A stretch of DNA of 64,000 nt from an uncultured virus (IMG/VR IMGVR_UViG_3300009008_000008) (IMGVR_UViG_3300009008_000008:1-64000); one strand, 5' to 3'. Positions 47,742 to 57,586 are shown, counted from the first letter of the stretch. A program made the numbers and translations. The notes: a model not told the origin generated them from the letters alone.

Positions 47742-49092
47742 CTTTTACATAGGAACCTCGGGTAACCGACCAAACCTCATGGTCTTCAGTAACGCGAATG
47801 GATCCCCCTTCATAGGATATTTCCACCATTCGTTGGTCTGTTGGGTGGGTAGAAGTAGCTAAAAGTGGTTTATATTCTTCCTGTTGTGTTTTATGGTTAT
47901 ATGATAAAACCTGAGGAGGATTCCCCATAACCACCAAGTCTTTCATTTGTACCATACCACGTTCCGTTACCACCCAAGACTCTGGGTGTATACAGAACTC
48001 ACCGGCAATGGTGTCCCAAACAGGCCAATAAATGAATGGGAGATCGAACTCCTGACGTATAATACGAAGGTCAAATTTGGCGTTGTGCATAACCAAATAA
48101 CGAGGGGATTTAGGCTGCCATTCCACTCGTTGCCCAAAGTAGGCACGTAGTTCCTTAAATATTGTGCGGAACTCTGATCCTGAGAATGGGGTATCACGAT
48201 GGTGTACAGGGAGGATAAAAGCCCTGTCGGGATTGTCTGAGAATTGGAGGGTCTGGAGTTGGTTATGATGAACGGACAGGTTCTTGGTCTCTGAGTCAAC
48301 GGAAACCACGGGAGCCCGTTTAATGACCCTCATCATACGCTTAAACTTGCTCAACGTATCGATGAGGATTGGATTTGGCCGCACCTCGGAGGCCGTAAAT
48401 GGGAGTCGGTCCAAAAACGCCGACATGAGAGTGCGTCCGATATATCCAAGAATATTGGCCTGGGTGATGGCTTCATCCATCTTTGTCTGACTCTCGGCAT
48501 CGGAGTCATTGTCCATGTCGGTACCACGCAAAAAATAGGTGTGGTCGTACCGTATGGTGTTGGTGACCAGGACAGGCTTCCCTCGCACTTTGATAGCATG
48601 GGGCCAACCCCTTTTATGTGAAATGTCATCCACCCGGGGTAACAGGGATTCTGCCGCTTCATCCCCAAATACTATCACGTTCGTCGGATCCATCTTGCGA
48701 ACAAACGCCTTTACTCGCTTAGAAGCAGCATCATTGGCGTGCTTACGTCGGGCACCTTTGAGGTGGTAGGTCTTGAAGAAATTGAAGTTGATGGTGGCAT
48801 AAGCCACCGATTCCTCAATGGATTCTGGGTTGACAAGAGCACATTGTCGGCGGGCAAATTGTAGGAGGTTCGTGACAACGGTGGCGCCGGTTCCTCGATC
48901 CAATAACGCCTTTTCCTTGAGGTCTTTACCATCCACATGTTCTACCACCAGAATAACACGGCGCCTGGCGGTCTTCCAGTTTTTCGTTATAGGGATAGCT
49001 ACGTCAAATGCGGGGCATTCCTTTGGGCTCCAACCCTCTGGAAGATCGTTTTGGAAAGTCACATAACGCATCTGCCGGCGGTCTGTTATCAC
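47698..49092 (-). CDS. polA: family A DNA polymerase, N-terminal part (UDG-like + 3'-5' exonuclease) with C-terminal split-intein N fragment
   Basis: VSVDSET (Exo I), HNAKFD (Exo II), WDTIAGEF|CIHP. Confidence 0.9.
   Translation of the reverse strand: MITDRRQMRYVTFQNDLPEGWSPKECPAFDVAIPITKNWKTARRRVILVVEHVDGKDLKEKALLDRGTGATVVTNLLQFARRQCALVNPESIEESVAYATINFNFFKTYHLKGARRKHANDAASKRVKAFVRKMDPTNVIVFGDEAAESLLPRVDDISHKRGWPHAIKVRGKPVLVTNTIRYDHTYFLRGTDMDNDSDAESQTKMDEAITQANILGYIGRTLMSAFLDRLPFTASEVRPNPILIDTLSKFKRMMRVIKRAPVVSVDSETKNLSVHHNQLQTLQFSDNPDRAFILPVHHRDTPFSGSEFRTIFKELRAYFGQRVEWQPKSPRYLVMHNAKFDLRIIRQEFDLPFIYWPVWDTIAGEFCIHPESWVVTERGMVQMKDLVVMGNPPQVLSYNHKTQQEEYKPLLATSTHPTDQRMVEISYEGGSIRVTEDHEVWSVTRGSYVKAKNLTSDDEVLLQT
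47701..47994 (-). mobile_element. split intein N-terminal fragment (98 aa)
   Basis: CIHPESWVVTERG (block A), IRVTEDHEV (block B), YVKAKNLTSDDEV then stop. Confidence 0.92.
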
Positions 49093-49733
49093 TGGCGTGC
49101 TCCCAGTTGAGGGTGTTTTTGGATGGCAGACTGGGCGGCTGCCAGTATATCTTCTGGTGGTTGGTCGGCATTGATTTGGTCTACTGACCTGCCCCTGAAC
49201 AAGGGAGATCGGTGTAGGTTCTCAAAGTTGTAGGCTACGCGGTCGAAGAAAGCCCGATCCTCTTGTTCCATTCGATCCAACCCACGTTCAATCCTGGCCA
49301 TTGCTTTAACCGGATCCATCAGCAACAAAAGAGTCAGGTGTGGGAACACTCCCTGGACGGCCATGGCAGAAGCGGCCCGAAAATTGTCAACTGAAGTACG
49401 GCGACCACCTACTTGGTAAGCGAACGTACTGTCAATAAACCTATCACAGATAACCCAGTCTCCTCGGTCCAAAGCAGGCTGGATTACCTGGTGTACGTGT
49501 TGACAACGAGCGGCTGACACCAACAATAACTCGGCATCCCCACATAGGTCAGTCTCTGGGTCCAGAAGGATACTACGCATCCTTTCTCCAGCGGGAGTCC
49601 CGCCAGGTTCCCTTGTCACGACTACCTCCACCCCTTGGGTCTCTTTAACCCAAGGGATCAGACCTTTCAAAAGGGTGGTCTTCCCTGTACCTTCACCACC
49701 CTCAATAGCAATAAACCTTCCGCTCATAGCCAT
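49089..49733 (-). CDS. tmk: thymidylate kinase
   Basis: FIAIEGGEGTGKTT, TREPGG, CDRF, AYQ. Confidence 0.95.
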   Translation of the reverse strand: MAMSGRFIAIEGGEGTGKTTLLKGLIPWVKETQGVEVVVTREPGGTPAGERMRSILLDPETDLCGDAELLLVSAARCQHVHQVIQPALDRGDWVICDRFIDSTFAYQVGGRRTSVDNFRAASAMAVQGVFPHLTLLLLMDPVKAMARIERGLDRMEQEDRAFFDRVAYNFENLHRSPLFRGRSVDQINADQPPEDILAAAQSAIQKHPQLGARQ

Positions 49734-49773
49734 GCTCCTTCTTTGTACCTGTGATGGTCATTTCCTTGAATTC

Positions 49774-49783
49774 TATTTACAGT
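49774..49783 (-). promoter_or_regulatory. ACTGTAAATA phage promoter-like motif
   Basis: exact copy just after a terminator, about 40 nt upstream of tmk. Confidence 0.6.
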
Positions 49784-49785
49784 TC

Positions 49786-49811
49786 AAAAAAAGAGGCCCG
49801 CGAAGGGCCCC
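49786..49811 (-). terminator. intrinsic terminator
   Basis: GGGGCCC-TTCGC-GGGCCTC followed by T7. Confidence 0.9.
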
Positions 49812-49843
49812 AGTATAACATCCAAGGAAAGGAGAGTGGTTGG

Positions 49844-50377
49844 TCAGTCAGGACGCGTGTTTTCTTCGGTCGGCTCGTCGGCCCGTATGAGACCTACCTG
49901 GGAGGCAGTCACAGAAGCGGGATGTGGGTGGGCTTGCTGTTTCTCAGGTCGGGCATCCGGATCCACCGACTTGGGCTTTTGCTGGACCGCTTTGGGTTCT
50001 CCCTCGGGTTTTTCTTGGCGTCGGGGGCCTTTGCCTTTCCGAGAACCAGGAGGGGTTACAGGACCGCTGGAGGGAGGTCGAATGGTGGCCGCCGTTTTGG
50101 GTGGCATGATGGGTTTGGGTGTCGCTTTGGCAGGAGCCGGATCTGGTTTCGCAGCAGGTTCTTCCACCAGCAAGCCTCGCAAAACAGGTTCTAGGCTTTC
50201 CATGTTGACAGGTTGAGAATTACGAACCAACCGAGAGGCGCCCTGCGCAGCACACCAACCAAAGTAGGCTTTACTTGTTACGTGGTCCCAGATTCCCGTG
50301 GTTTTGCCTGATAGGAATCCCTTATCAATCAACACCTGTTGGATCTGGGTGATTTCTTTGTGTCCAATGTCGGTCAT
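49844..50377 (-). CDS. peptidoglycan-binding-like N-domain plus Pro/Lys-rich tail
   Basis: IQQVLIDKGF...TGIWDHVT.KA. Confidence 0.55.
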   Translation of the reverse strand: MTDIGHKEITQIQQVLIDKGFLSGKTTGIWDHVTSKAYFGWCAAQGASRLVRNSQPVNMESLEPVLRGLLVEEPAAKPDPAPAKATPKPIMPPKTAATIRPPSSGPVTPPGSRKGKGPRRQEKPEGEPKAVQQKPKSVDPDARPEKQQAHPHPASVTASQVGLIRADEPTEENTRPD

Positions 50378-50378
50378 G

Positions 50379-53300
50379 TTATTCGTTGCCTCCTGAGTCT
50401 TGTTTGGTAACCTTGAGTTGTTTATACTCTTCCTTCACTTGGTCGAGGTTACGAATATCATAACCTGCATCTACCATCTCCTTTACCTTGTCCTTGGCAT
50501 CGTTCTTGGACTTGGCGAAGTAGAACCACTCTCCATTGGAACGCTCCCACTTGACTCCCGGTACCTTGGCTTTCTGCCTCAGCGTCTTGGAAGCAGGTTG
50601 GGTGGGAATCGTAGCACAGATAAAGAGCTGGCCGTCTTGGATAACCGGGTACGGCCGCAGTATGGTTGGTTTTCCAACAGGGCGGAACCGCATACGGAAG
50701 AAGTTCTTGATATCCATCTGAGTGGCTTTAGGTACGTTCAACAGGCGTCCTTTGCCTTGGTCAAATGCCTGTTGAAGGCGACGAAGGGTACGGACGAAAC
50801 TGCTCCGCATTTCGTAACCCTCGACTAAGGCATCCACCATAAGCGCCATCTTTTGCTTGTTCGGGATATAGGCAAAAGCGTAAGCCGGGATCAGATGGAA
50901 CCCAAGATCCTGCATCTCACTTGCAGGCGGAGCATCAGGGTCGTCGTCATCAACGGTCACACAAATGATGTTGTTGGCGACCGTCAAGAACGCCTCAAAG
51001 CCATTACCTGCCTGCTTGTCACCTGTTGGAACAGGCTTCCGAACTTGGTCCCCACTTGGGCCCACCGGCTGTTCATCCTGGTCTTCGACTACCTCTGTGG
51101 GATCAACATCCATGCGGGGTTCTTCTTCGGCAGGAGGCTCTTCTTCCATCTGTTGTTGGGCATCATCCATGAGATCTTCAACATGGTCTTCTGCCTGCTT
51201 CTTAAGCTGGTCTTTATGGTCCTCGGCTTGTTTCTGTTCTTCCTCCTCATTGGTGGGCTCCTGTTCAACCTTAAGTTCCTTGATACCCTCACCTTCCGGC
51301 TGTTCGTCTGTAGGTGGAAGTCCTTCGTCCACCGGAGCCTCTGGAGTCTCCTCTGGTCCCATCTCTTGCGTTTGTTTCATAACCCGACGTAGGCGCCTAC
51401 GTTCACGCCGCAATTCCTTTTCCAGTTCCTCGTTACCTTCTTGTACAGCCTGCTTGATCTTGACGGCAGTTTGTTTAATCTCCATCTGGAGTTCTTCAAC
51501 CGTACGCCCGTCAGGCACCAAAGCACGCCGACGTTTTTGTTGACGTGAGGCTTTACCCGCTTTGGTCGCCGGGGCATTGGTTTTGTCACGCTGGACCTGA
51601 GCGTCAGAGCCAGTGTCTGGAACATTAACGGGCTCACCAACATCAATAACCCCTACCGTGGGTAAGCCTAGCAAACCAACCAGACGTTCTTGGACCGGAG
51701 CGGTATCCTCAGACTGGATGATAAAACTCCGCATCTTGAAAGCCGACACTGTTTGACCACTTGCCAGCTTGACCCTGATCTTGTTCTTAGTACCCCCAAC
51801 AATAACACCATCCCCGAACTCTGTGTGGACACGGGCATTCACCGGGGTGAAATCATCCAACTCTTGCCCGTTGTCCTCCGCATAGTTGGCAAACGTCGAT
51901 ACCCCGAGTTCGTCCATGTATGGCAACACCTGCCCGTCAATGTAGGGCACACCTACCATATACTGAGAACCCTCGAGGTCTGGGGCCGTAGCCACCAACC
52001 TTGGCTTTTTGTGGTGCTTGGGGTTGTTCTTATAGTTCTGGAAGTCCTTATGCTCTGCCTCCTTGTATGTGTGGAAGCCTTCCAGATACTGAGACAGGTT
52101 GGTCTCGAAATCGTTCTTCTCAGTGATCGAATCCAGTGTCATCGACACCAGTGGAAGGTTCGGTACTCCATCGTACAGCGGGTTACCTTGCTCATCGAAA
52201 CGAACCTTGGCCAACATTTTGGAGATCAAGCGGCTGATCTTGGTGACATCAATGGATTGGTCACAAATCACCCAGTCAAAGTACACTTTGTCACGCTCGG
52301 CAAACTGCCCTTTCGGATCCGGCCGGAAGATACGCGACTCTGCCTGGTCCAACGCTCCGGGGCTCCACACCGACTCAACCCTAATCAACCGACTCGCCAT
52401 TTGGAGGTTGAGGCCTTCCTCCAGAGACTTGCCCACACCGATCAGGATCTGGATACGGTCATCCTTCATGAACTGGGCGACATGCTTGGCTTTCTCCGAA
52501 GCATGGTACCGAAGGGCCCGGCTCTGCAAGTCAGGAGGCAGGCCCTCGTACATGGCATCTGCTGATCGGTTGTAACCGCAGAACACCAGAATCTTGCCCG
52601 GGATACCCTGGCTGATGTGCTGGTTGCACAGCTTCGTAACCTGCATGGCTTTGGGGCTGACCTGGTCTGCGGGGTCCTTCAGGAGGGCTTCACCATCGTG
52701 GTCCATCGCAGGCGCCGACAGGAACTTTTCCATCCGTTGCATGTAGGGCCGTAGCAAAAACTCGATGTTCTCAGCTTCTACTTCATCACCAGACCTCAAC
52801 TTGGACAAGAGGTCTTCGTTTTGGGCGATGAGCTCCAACGTCTGCTTGAGGATCGAATCGTAGACCGTCCGTTGGTTGGGCCTCATCTTGACAAAGTGGA
52901 AGTTCTCCACACGCTTTGGCAGGAGAGCCGCCCATTCCTTCCTCTTAATGGTAACAAGGTTGGAAAACTGGCCTACTCGTTGGGCGATCTTCCGCTCAGC
53001 GTCAGGCTTCCAGCTCAAGACCTTTCCACCACGCCAATCCGAGGCATAGGCTTCGATGAACTTTTTCCTATTGCCAAAGGTAGCGGGGTCGATCATGTTA
53101 AACTGACCGACAATATCCGTCATCTGGTCAGTAACAAAGGTACCAGTTGCCAGCCTACGATAAGGGATATCTGCCGCTAGCCGTTGAGTAACCTGGCTAC
53201 GAGTGGACGCTGGGTTCTTGACATTGTGGCTTTCATCCAGCGCGATGTAGTCGAACCCAAAGGACCGCAGCATCTCGCTGTTGTCACCAATCTTAATCGG

Positions 53301-55784
53301 TTCTGGACCGTAGGACTCTTCGCGGACACGACCCTTGATGAAGTCGTAGTCAGATACCACGATGGTATTCCGAGGTGCCTGTTCCAGGACTTTCTGGAGG
53401 CCTTCCTCTCCATATTGACGGAAAGTCTGGGTGGTGATTGGGATCATGTTCATCTTCCCTTTGAACAGGAAGACGCCATCCTCAATGTAGTTCCGCACCA
53501 AGTACCCAGGACACAAGATAATACCTCGCGTTACCTTGCCAGCCTGGACCAACCGAATCAGGTCCGTCAAGATCAAAATCGTTTTTCCGCCCCCCGGCGA
53601 CACATCCAGGATCGCAAACTGCGGATCCTGCACAAGATAGTTCTGGGTCTTCATCTGATGAGGCAGGAACGAAAACCCTTCGACATAAGGGAGAGCCGTA
53701 GGCTCTGCGTTGGGGTCGATCTGTGGATCGATGTAGGGTTGGCGCCTCTTGAGGTCAGCAGCAACCACCTGGTCATACTTGGAAGCGTACTTGGCAATAC
53801 ACAGGAGTTGGGCAACCTCTTTCATACCGTTTAGTACCGAACGCCCTGAGAGGGCCGCTGTCGGGTCCCCCTCAACCAACTTCCAAGCGGCTTCGACCAT
53901 ACGCCCGAGGGGACGGAGGGCCGGGACAGGGCTGTTGGAGGACACCAGGTGGAGTTTCCAGTCATCCATGGACGAATGTTGTTCCACCCATTCAGGCACA
54001 TCAGCGGGGTTGGCAGACCGATCGTAGTCGTAGTAGGTCTTCAGATCGCGGACTGCGGAGTGTACTTTCCTGACGATCTCCCCTGGCGACATGTCAAAAT
54101 AACCTCCTAGGATGTTGCGGAGACCCCAAGGTACACTGTACTTGTCGTCAGGGCTGTACTTTTCTGCCTGGGCAGGGTTCAGCAAAGACAAGAGTTCATC
54201 CGACTGACCAACGGGACCATCACCCATGAAAGAGTTAAGGTCGGTACCTCCGTCAGTCAAACGGTTGGCGGCGCGGCCGAGGTTCTCTAAGAGTTCTTCT
54301 TCCTCGTTATATCCAAACAACGGACGCTCCAACAAAGAAGCAATCGCGGTAGACTGGCCACTGGCAAAGCCTTCCAGGCTCCAGATTTTGAGAGCCGCAC
54401 TCGTATCAGTGTAAGCAAGCCGGTTGTTTACCCAGTCTGTGTACACCAACATATTGGCGGGGAGTTTCTTTGGCTTGACGGGTTCTTCACCTTCATCCAC
54501 AGATACTCGACGGCGCCGACCAGATGGTTGTTTGACATCCTGGAAGGTGACTTCTTCCCCACCATGTTGGGAAGCAAAATCTTTCACTTCCTGGTCATAG
54601 GCGTCAACGTTATCAGATGTTGGAATCCAAACCAAATCCCCTTGGAAGGTGATGGACAGACCATCCTCGTTAACACGAGGCTTCACATCACCCTGCACAT
54701 CGCTGTTAGAGTCACGGATGTTGCGGATGGGGTTCATCCGCGGTTGCCACTTTTCACCCTTCTTGAACAACCCTTGGATCCATTGTTGACTCCACAAGAG
54801 CATGTCACTGGCTTCTGCCTGGGCAAAGGGCGTTTGGATTATGTACTCCGCGTACTCAGCAGGAACGTGCAACACCATTGATGTAAAGAAGTCCCGAGAG
54901 TTCAATGCCTGTGCGGCGAATCCAATTGGATTGGCGGCGTCTTTGATGCTGGTCAGTGGACTCTCTTTGTTGATGTCGGACTCATTGTATAGACCGCCAC
55001 CATACCCCAAATCCTTGGCATCCAACGGAGGTGACATGAGGCGGATCATCTTGACGTATTTTTTGAACAACGCCAGAGAGTCCTTGGAAACCGCCAAATC
55101 AGAATGGGTGGGGTCGAACCAAGGGCTTGTCTCAACAGCATCAGACGCCCTGTAGGTGTGATCGACTGCTTGGGATATGTCGAAGAGGGCAGGACCTGGG
55201 AATTTATTCAACGCCTCAATCATTTGTTGTTTAAGTGCGTTGGCCTCTGGGTTGTTGTCACCCCAAGGCATATAGGTATCAACACTGCGTGCGATGCTGG
55301 AGAAATCAAAAGCGGCCCCAATGGTACCACCAAGAGGGATCGTAAGGAGGAAACCATCATCGGCTTTTTTGACACGAATCTGGTTGGTTTTCTCTGCAAT
55401 GGCTGCATGAGAGGCATCAGAAATTGCTAACCTTGGGTTCGGCTCCTTGGGCTCGTCCCGCTGTACCTGGAGGTTATCCATAAAATGAGTAATGAATTCG
55501 TTCTGGGCCCCACTTACTGCCAGCCGAACAAACTCCCCAAACTTATGCAGGACAGGCTTCAAAAAAGCCTTCTTGAAAGACTTGGGCTCAGGCACTGCCG
55601 CCTGGAGTTGGCTGCGAACGCCTGCTTCTTCCAAATAATGGAAGGGTTTGACCTTGGACACCAATGGAACCGGGCGTTGCCAGCTGGAACGTGTGTTAAC
55701 ACGCCCGGTCACGCCGTTACGGCGTTGTACCTTCAGGCCCTTTATGACTTTACGGTTCGGGATCCTTAGTTTCAGTCGTCGCAT
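50379..55784 (-). CDS. large SNF2-family ATPase/helicase (1801 aa)
   Basis: LPHQ, SPGGGKT, LDESH, ATGT, EGLNLQ, QAESRIFR. Confidence 0.9.
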   Translation of the reverse strand: MRRLKLRIPNRKVIKGLKVQRRNGVTGRVNTRSSWQRPVPLVSKVKPFHYLEEAGVRSQLQAAVPEPKSFKKAFLKPVLHKFGEFVRLAVSGAQNEFITHFMDNLQVQRDEPKEPNPRLAISDASHAAIAEKTNQIRVKKADDGFLLTIPLGGTIGAAFDFSSIARSVDTYMPWGDNNPEANALKQQMIEALNKFPGPALFDISQAVDHTYRASDAVETSPWFDPTHSDLAVSKDSLALFKKYVKMIRLMSPPLDAKDLGYGGGLYNESDINKESPLTSIKDAANPIGFAAQALNSRDFFTSMVLHVPAEYAEYIIQTPFAQAEASDMLLWSQQWIQGLFKKGEKWQPRMNPIRNIRDSNSDVQGDVKPRVNEDGLSITFQGDLVWIPTSDNVDAYDQEVKDFASQHGGEEVTFQDVKQPSGRRRRVSVDEGEEPVKPKKLPANMLVYTDWVNNRLAYTDTSAALKIWSLEGFASGQSTAIASLLERPLFGYNEEEELLENLGRAANRLTDGGTDLNSFMGDGPVGQSDELLSLLNPAQAEKYSPDDKYSVPWGLRNILGGYFDMSPGEIVRKVHSAVRDLKTYYDYDRSANPADVPEWVEQHSSMDDWKLHLVSSNSPVPALRPLGRMVEAAWKLVEGDPTAALSGRSVLNGMKEVAQLLCIAKYASKYDQVVAADLKRRQPYIDPQIDPNAEPTALPYVEGFSFLPHQMKTQNYLVQDPQFAILDVSPGGGKTILILTDLIRLVQAGKVTRGIILCPGYLVRNYIEDGVFLFKGKMNMIPITTQTFRQYGEEGLQKVLEQAPRNTIVVSDYDFIKGRVREESYGPEPIKIGDNSEMLRSFGFDYIALDESHNVKNPASTRSQVTQRLAADIPYRRLATGTFVTDQMTDIVGQFNMIDPATFGNRKKFIEAYASDWRGGKVLSWKPDAERKIAQRVGQFSNLVTIKRKEWAALLPKRVENFHFVKMRPNQRTVYDSILKQTLELIAQNEDLLSKLRSGDEVEAENIEFLLRPYMQRMEKFLSAPAMDHDGEALLKDPADQVSPKAMQVTKLCNQHISQGIPGKILVFCGYNRSADAMYEGLPPDLQSRALRYHASEKAKHVAQFMKDDRIQILIGVGKSLEEGLNLQMASRLIRVESVWSPGALDQAESRIFRPDPKGQFAERDKVYFDWVICDQSIDVTKISRLISKMLAKVRFDEQGNPLYDGVPNLPLVSMTLDSITEKNDFETNLSQYLEGFHTYKEAEHKDFQNYKNNPKHHKKPRLVATAPDLEGSQYMVGVPYIDGQVLPYMDELGVSTFANYAEDNGQELDDFTPVNARVHTEFGDGVIVGGTKNKIRVKLASGQTVSAFKMRSFIIQSEDTAPVQERLVGLLGLPTVGVIDVGEPVNVPDTGSDAQVQRDKTNAPATKAGKASRQQKRRRALVPDGRTVEELQMEIKQTAVKIKQAVQEGNEELEKELRRERRRLRRVMKQTQEMGPEETPEAPVDEGLPPTDEQPEGEGIKELKVEQEPTNEEEEQKQAEDHKDQLKKQAEDHVEDLMDDAQQQMEEEPPAEEEPRMDVDPTEVVEDQDEQPVGPSGDQVRKPVPTGDKQAGNGFEAFLTVANNIICVTVDDDDPDAPPASEMQDLGFHLIPAYAFAYIPNKQKMALMVDALVEGYEMRSSFVRTLRRLQQAFDQGKGRLLNVPKATQMDIKNFFRMRFRPVGKPTILRPYPVIQDGQLFICATIPTQPASKTLRQKAKVPGVKWERSNGEWFYFAKSKNDAKDKVKEMVDAGYDIRNLDQVKEEYKQLKVTKQDSGGNE

Positions 55785-55805
55785 GTCACTTGTCCTCTAT
55801 TATGC

Positions 55806-56240
55806 TTATTCAGCCGCCCGTTCCCAGACACGGTAGGCGCCGGATGGACCAAAATGGTTCAGGAGTGCTTCTGCCAATTGCCGTGCAAATGTTCGGTCTT
55901 CTTGTTGTTGGAAAAAATCTTGGTTATACATACGGGTGGCCCGTTCAAACCCAGCAGGCTGGCCCATGTCTTTTAGGTCGGAAACAATACGACCAATGGT
56001 ACGATCACGCTCTTCATCGGTAAACGACACCAATTGCATGTACTTGGCGTGTAACTTATCGTATGCCTCTGACAAAGAGTCCATTTGTTGGTTCAGGCGG
56101 GCATTGCGGGCATCCACCTGGTCCTCTGTCATGCCAGGGTCATACCCCTGTTTGAGGTCCTGCCGCAGTTCTGCCAACTCTTTGCCCATCTCATGGACTG
56201 GCTGTTGGAGGCCGATGATCCTAAGGGACTTTATGGTCAT
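55806..56240 (-). CDS. coiled-coil hypothetical protein
   Basis: AGGAG SD. Confidence 0.7.
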   Translation of the reverse strand: MTIKSLRIIGLQQPVHEMGKELAELRQDLKQGYDPGMTEDQVDARNARLNQQMDSLSEAYDKLHAKYMQLVSFTDEERDRTIGRIVSDLKDMGQPAGFERATRMYNQDFFQQQEDRTFARQLAEALLNHFGPSGAYRVWERAAE

Positions 56241-56268
56241 TTCTCATGCTCCTGTTCTACCGTGAATT

Positions 56269-56278
56269 TATTTACAGT
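56269..56278 (-). promoter_or_regulatory. ACTGTAAATA phage promoter-like motif
   Basis: exact intergenic copy about 30 nt upstream of 56240, after a hairpin at about 56279-56307. Confidence 0.6.
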
Positions 56279-56313
56279 AGAACCATATGAAATTAGCGTA
56301 TGGTTCTTGTGGT

Positions 56314-57054
56314 TCAGAATAAACTCTTGGGGTTTTTGAGGGTCTTGAAGCGGTTCGCCCTCACAACTGGCAACCAAAGGCGCCGTTCAACAAAGGATAG
56401 GAACTGCTTCTTTGACACTACCCCATTACCCCTTACCCGAATAACCGGGTCCTGGTGGACCTCCACGGTGTAGGACAGGGTTGGACGACGATTGAGCTGT
56501 ACACGTACCCCAGGGCAGACCTGACGCTGGAGGGACCCTCCCCTGGGCATTGTGAACCCATGACCAGATAACTGTTTCACCAGGTCCCCGTACGCCGATA
56601 GAGTAGGGACCTTCAATTCGGCAGAGCTGGTGATCAGGAACCCAGAGTTTCGTTGAGCAACCAACCGATGAGGTTTCATCAAGCGAGCCGTTGACAGGAG
56701 CCCTGTTTTATCCAGAGCCGCCACCAGTTTACGCCGACCGTTGCCAAGGTAGTTCTCAATACGTTTGTTGGCCGATGCCCCTGAGGTATCCTGAACAGCC
56801 ACCACATTGGCGTTCCGTGCCCGTTTCATGAACTCGGAGAGCGCCATCCGCCATTGGCTTTCGGGTGTTCCCAGGGCCCCCATCATCCCCAAGAACTCCT
56901 TGGACGCCATCATCTTGTCCCAGATTTTCCGGGCATCAGGGTTAAACCGTGGAGGATAAGCAGATTTGGTAGGACGTTTACCATGGTGGCGTGCTGCTAC
57001 CCCAAGAGACTGGAGGTTAACCGAACCCTCCTCAATGTGTGTAAGTTCTTTCAT
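56314..57054 (-). CDS. basic hypothetical protein
   Basis: 246-aa ORF, GAGGG SD. Confidence 0.7.
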   Translation of the reverse strand: MKELTHIEEGSVNLQSLGVAARHHGKRPTKSAYPPRFNPDARKIWDKMMASKEFLGMMGALGTPESQWRMALSEFMKRARNANVVAVQDTSGASANKRIENYLGNGRRKLVAALDKTGLLSTARLMKPHRLVAQRNSGFLITSSAELKVPTLSAYGDLVKQLSGHGFTMPRGGSLQRQVCPGVRVQLNRRPTLSYTVEVHQDPVIRVRGNGVVSKKQFLSFVERRLWLPVVRANRFKTLKNPKSLF

Positions 57055-57061
57055 AGGGCCC

Positions 57062-57586
57062 TCACTTAATACCTGTCATGTCTACGAGGTCCCAGATGGT
57101 TTGGACCTGTTGAGTGGTAAAAGAATAATTTGGTATATCTTTGGCAGCCCATTCCCTTAAGGAGGTTCCTAATTCCAGGGACATGCCACCTCAGTCTGCA
57201 ACCATGTCCACCAAATCCACATCTTGCATCCTGTCGTCCGCTCCATGGGCCTCGGGGTGGTGTAAGTTCATCCGCACATGGTGCTCAGAAGCACGATGAG
57301 TCCAGGCTTCAATCCCAGGAGGGTACTCATAAGGTGTAGGGGTGTCCTTGTGCTTATACCACCAGGAAATGAAGATGTAGGGCACCCGCTCTTGAGGGCC
57401 ATACTTGGTACGATCATGGCCCTTCAGACGCTGCTTGAACAACGTAAGGTCCTCTGGATCAGCAAAGAACCTGAACAAAGAGGTGCCAGCCCGTTGTACT
57501 AACTTAATGTGTCGGGCCGTCCGATGCTCAAACCACCGCTCCATCTCTGCGGTGTATGTAGGAACCTTTACCGCCAACTCCTTCAC
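57062..57586 (-). pseudogene. HD-like (HD...HH...HHPE, DUF5662-like) protein interrupted by in-frame TGA
   Basis: HDRTK, HHVRMNLHHPE, DMVAD-TGA(57191-57193)-GGMSLELG...; the same frame stays open to 57062. Confidence 0.6.

Noticed and set aside
50400..55836. Many + strand ORFs up to 291 aa
   Set aside because: Antisense shadows of the SNF2 gene with no motifs. The same applies to most opposite-strand ORFs elsewhere in the track.
57191..57193. Genome-wide TGA-to-Trp recoding
   Set aside because: TGA terminates many genes with ATGA overlaps, and long genes use TGG with no internal TGA.
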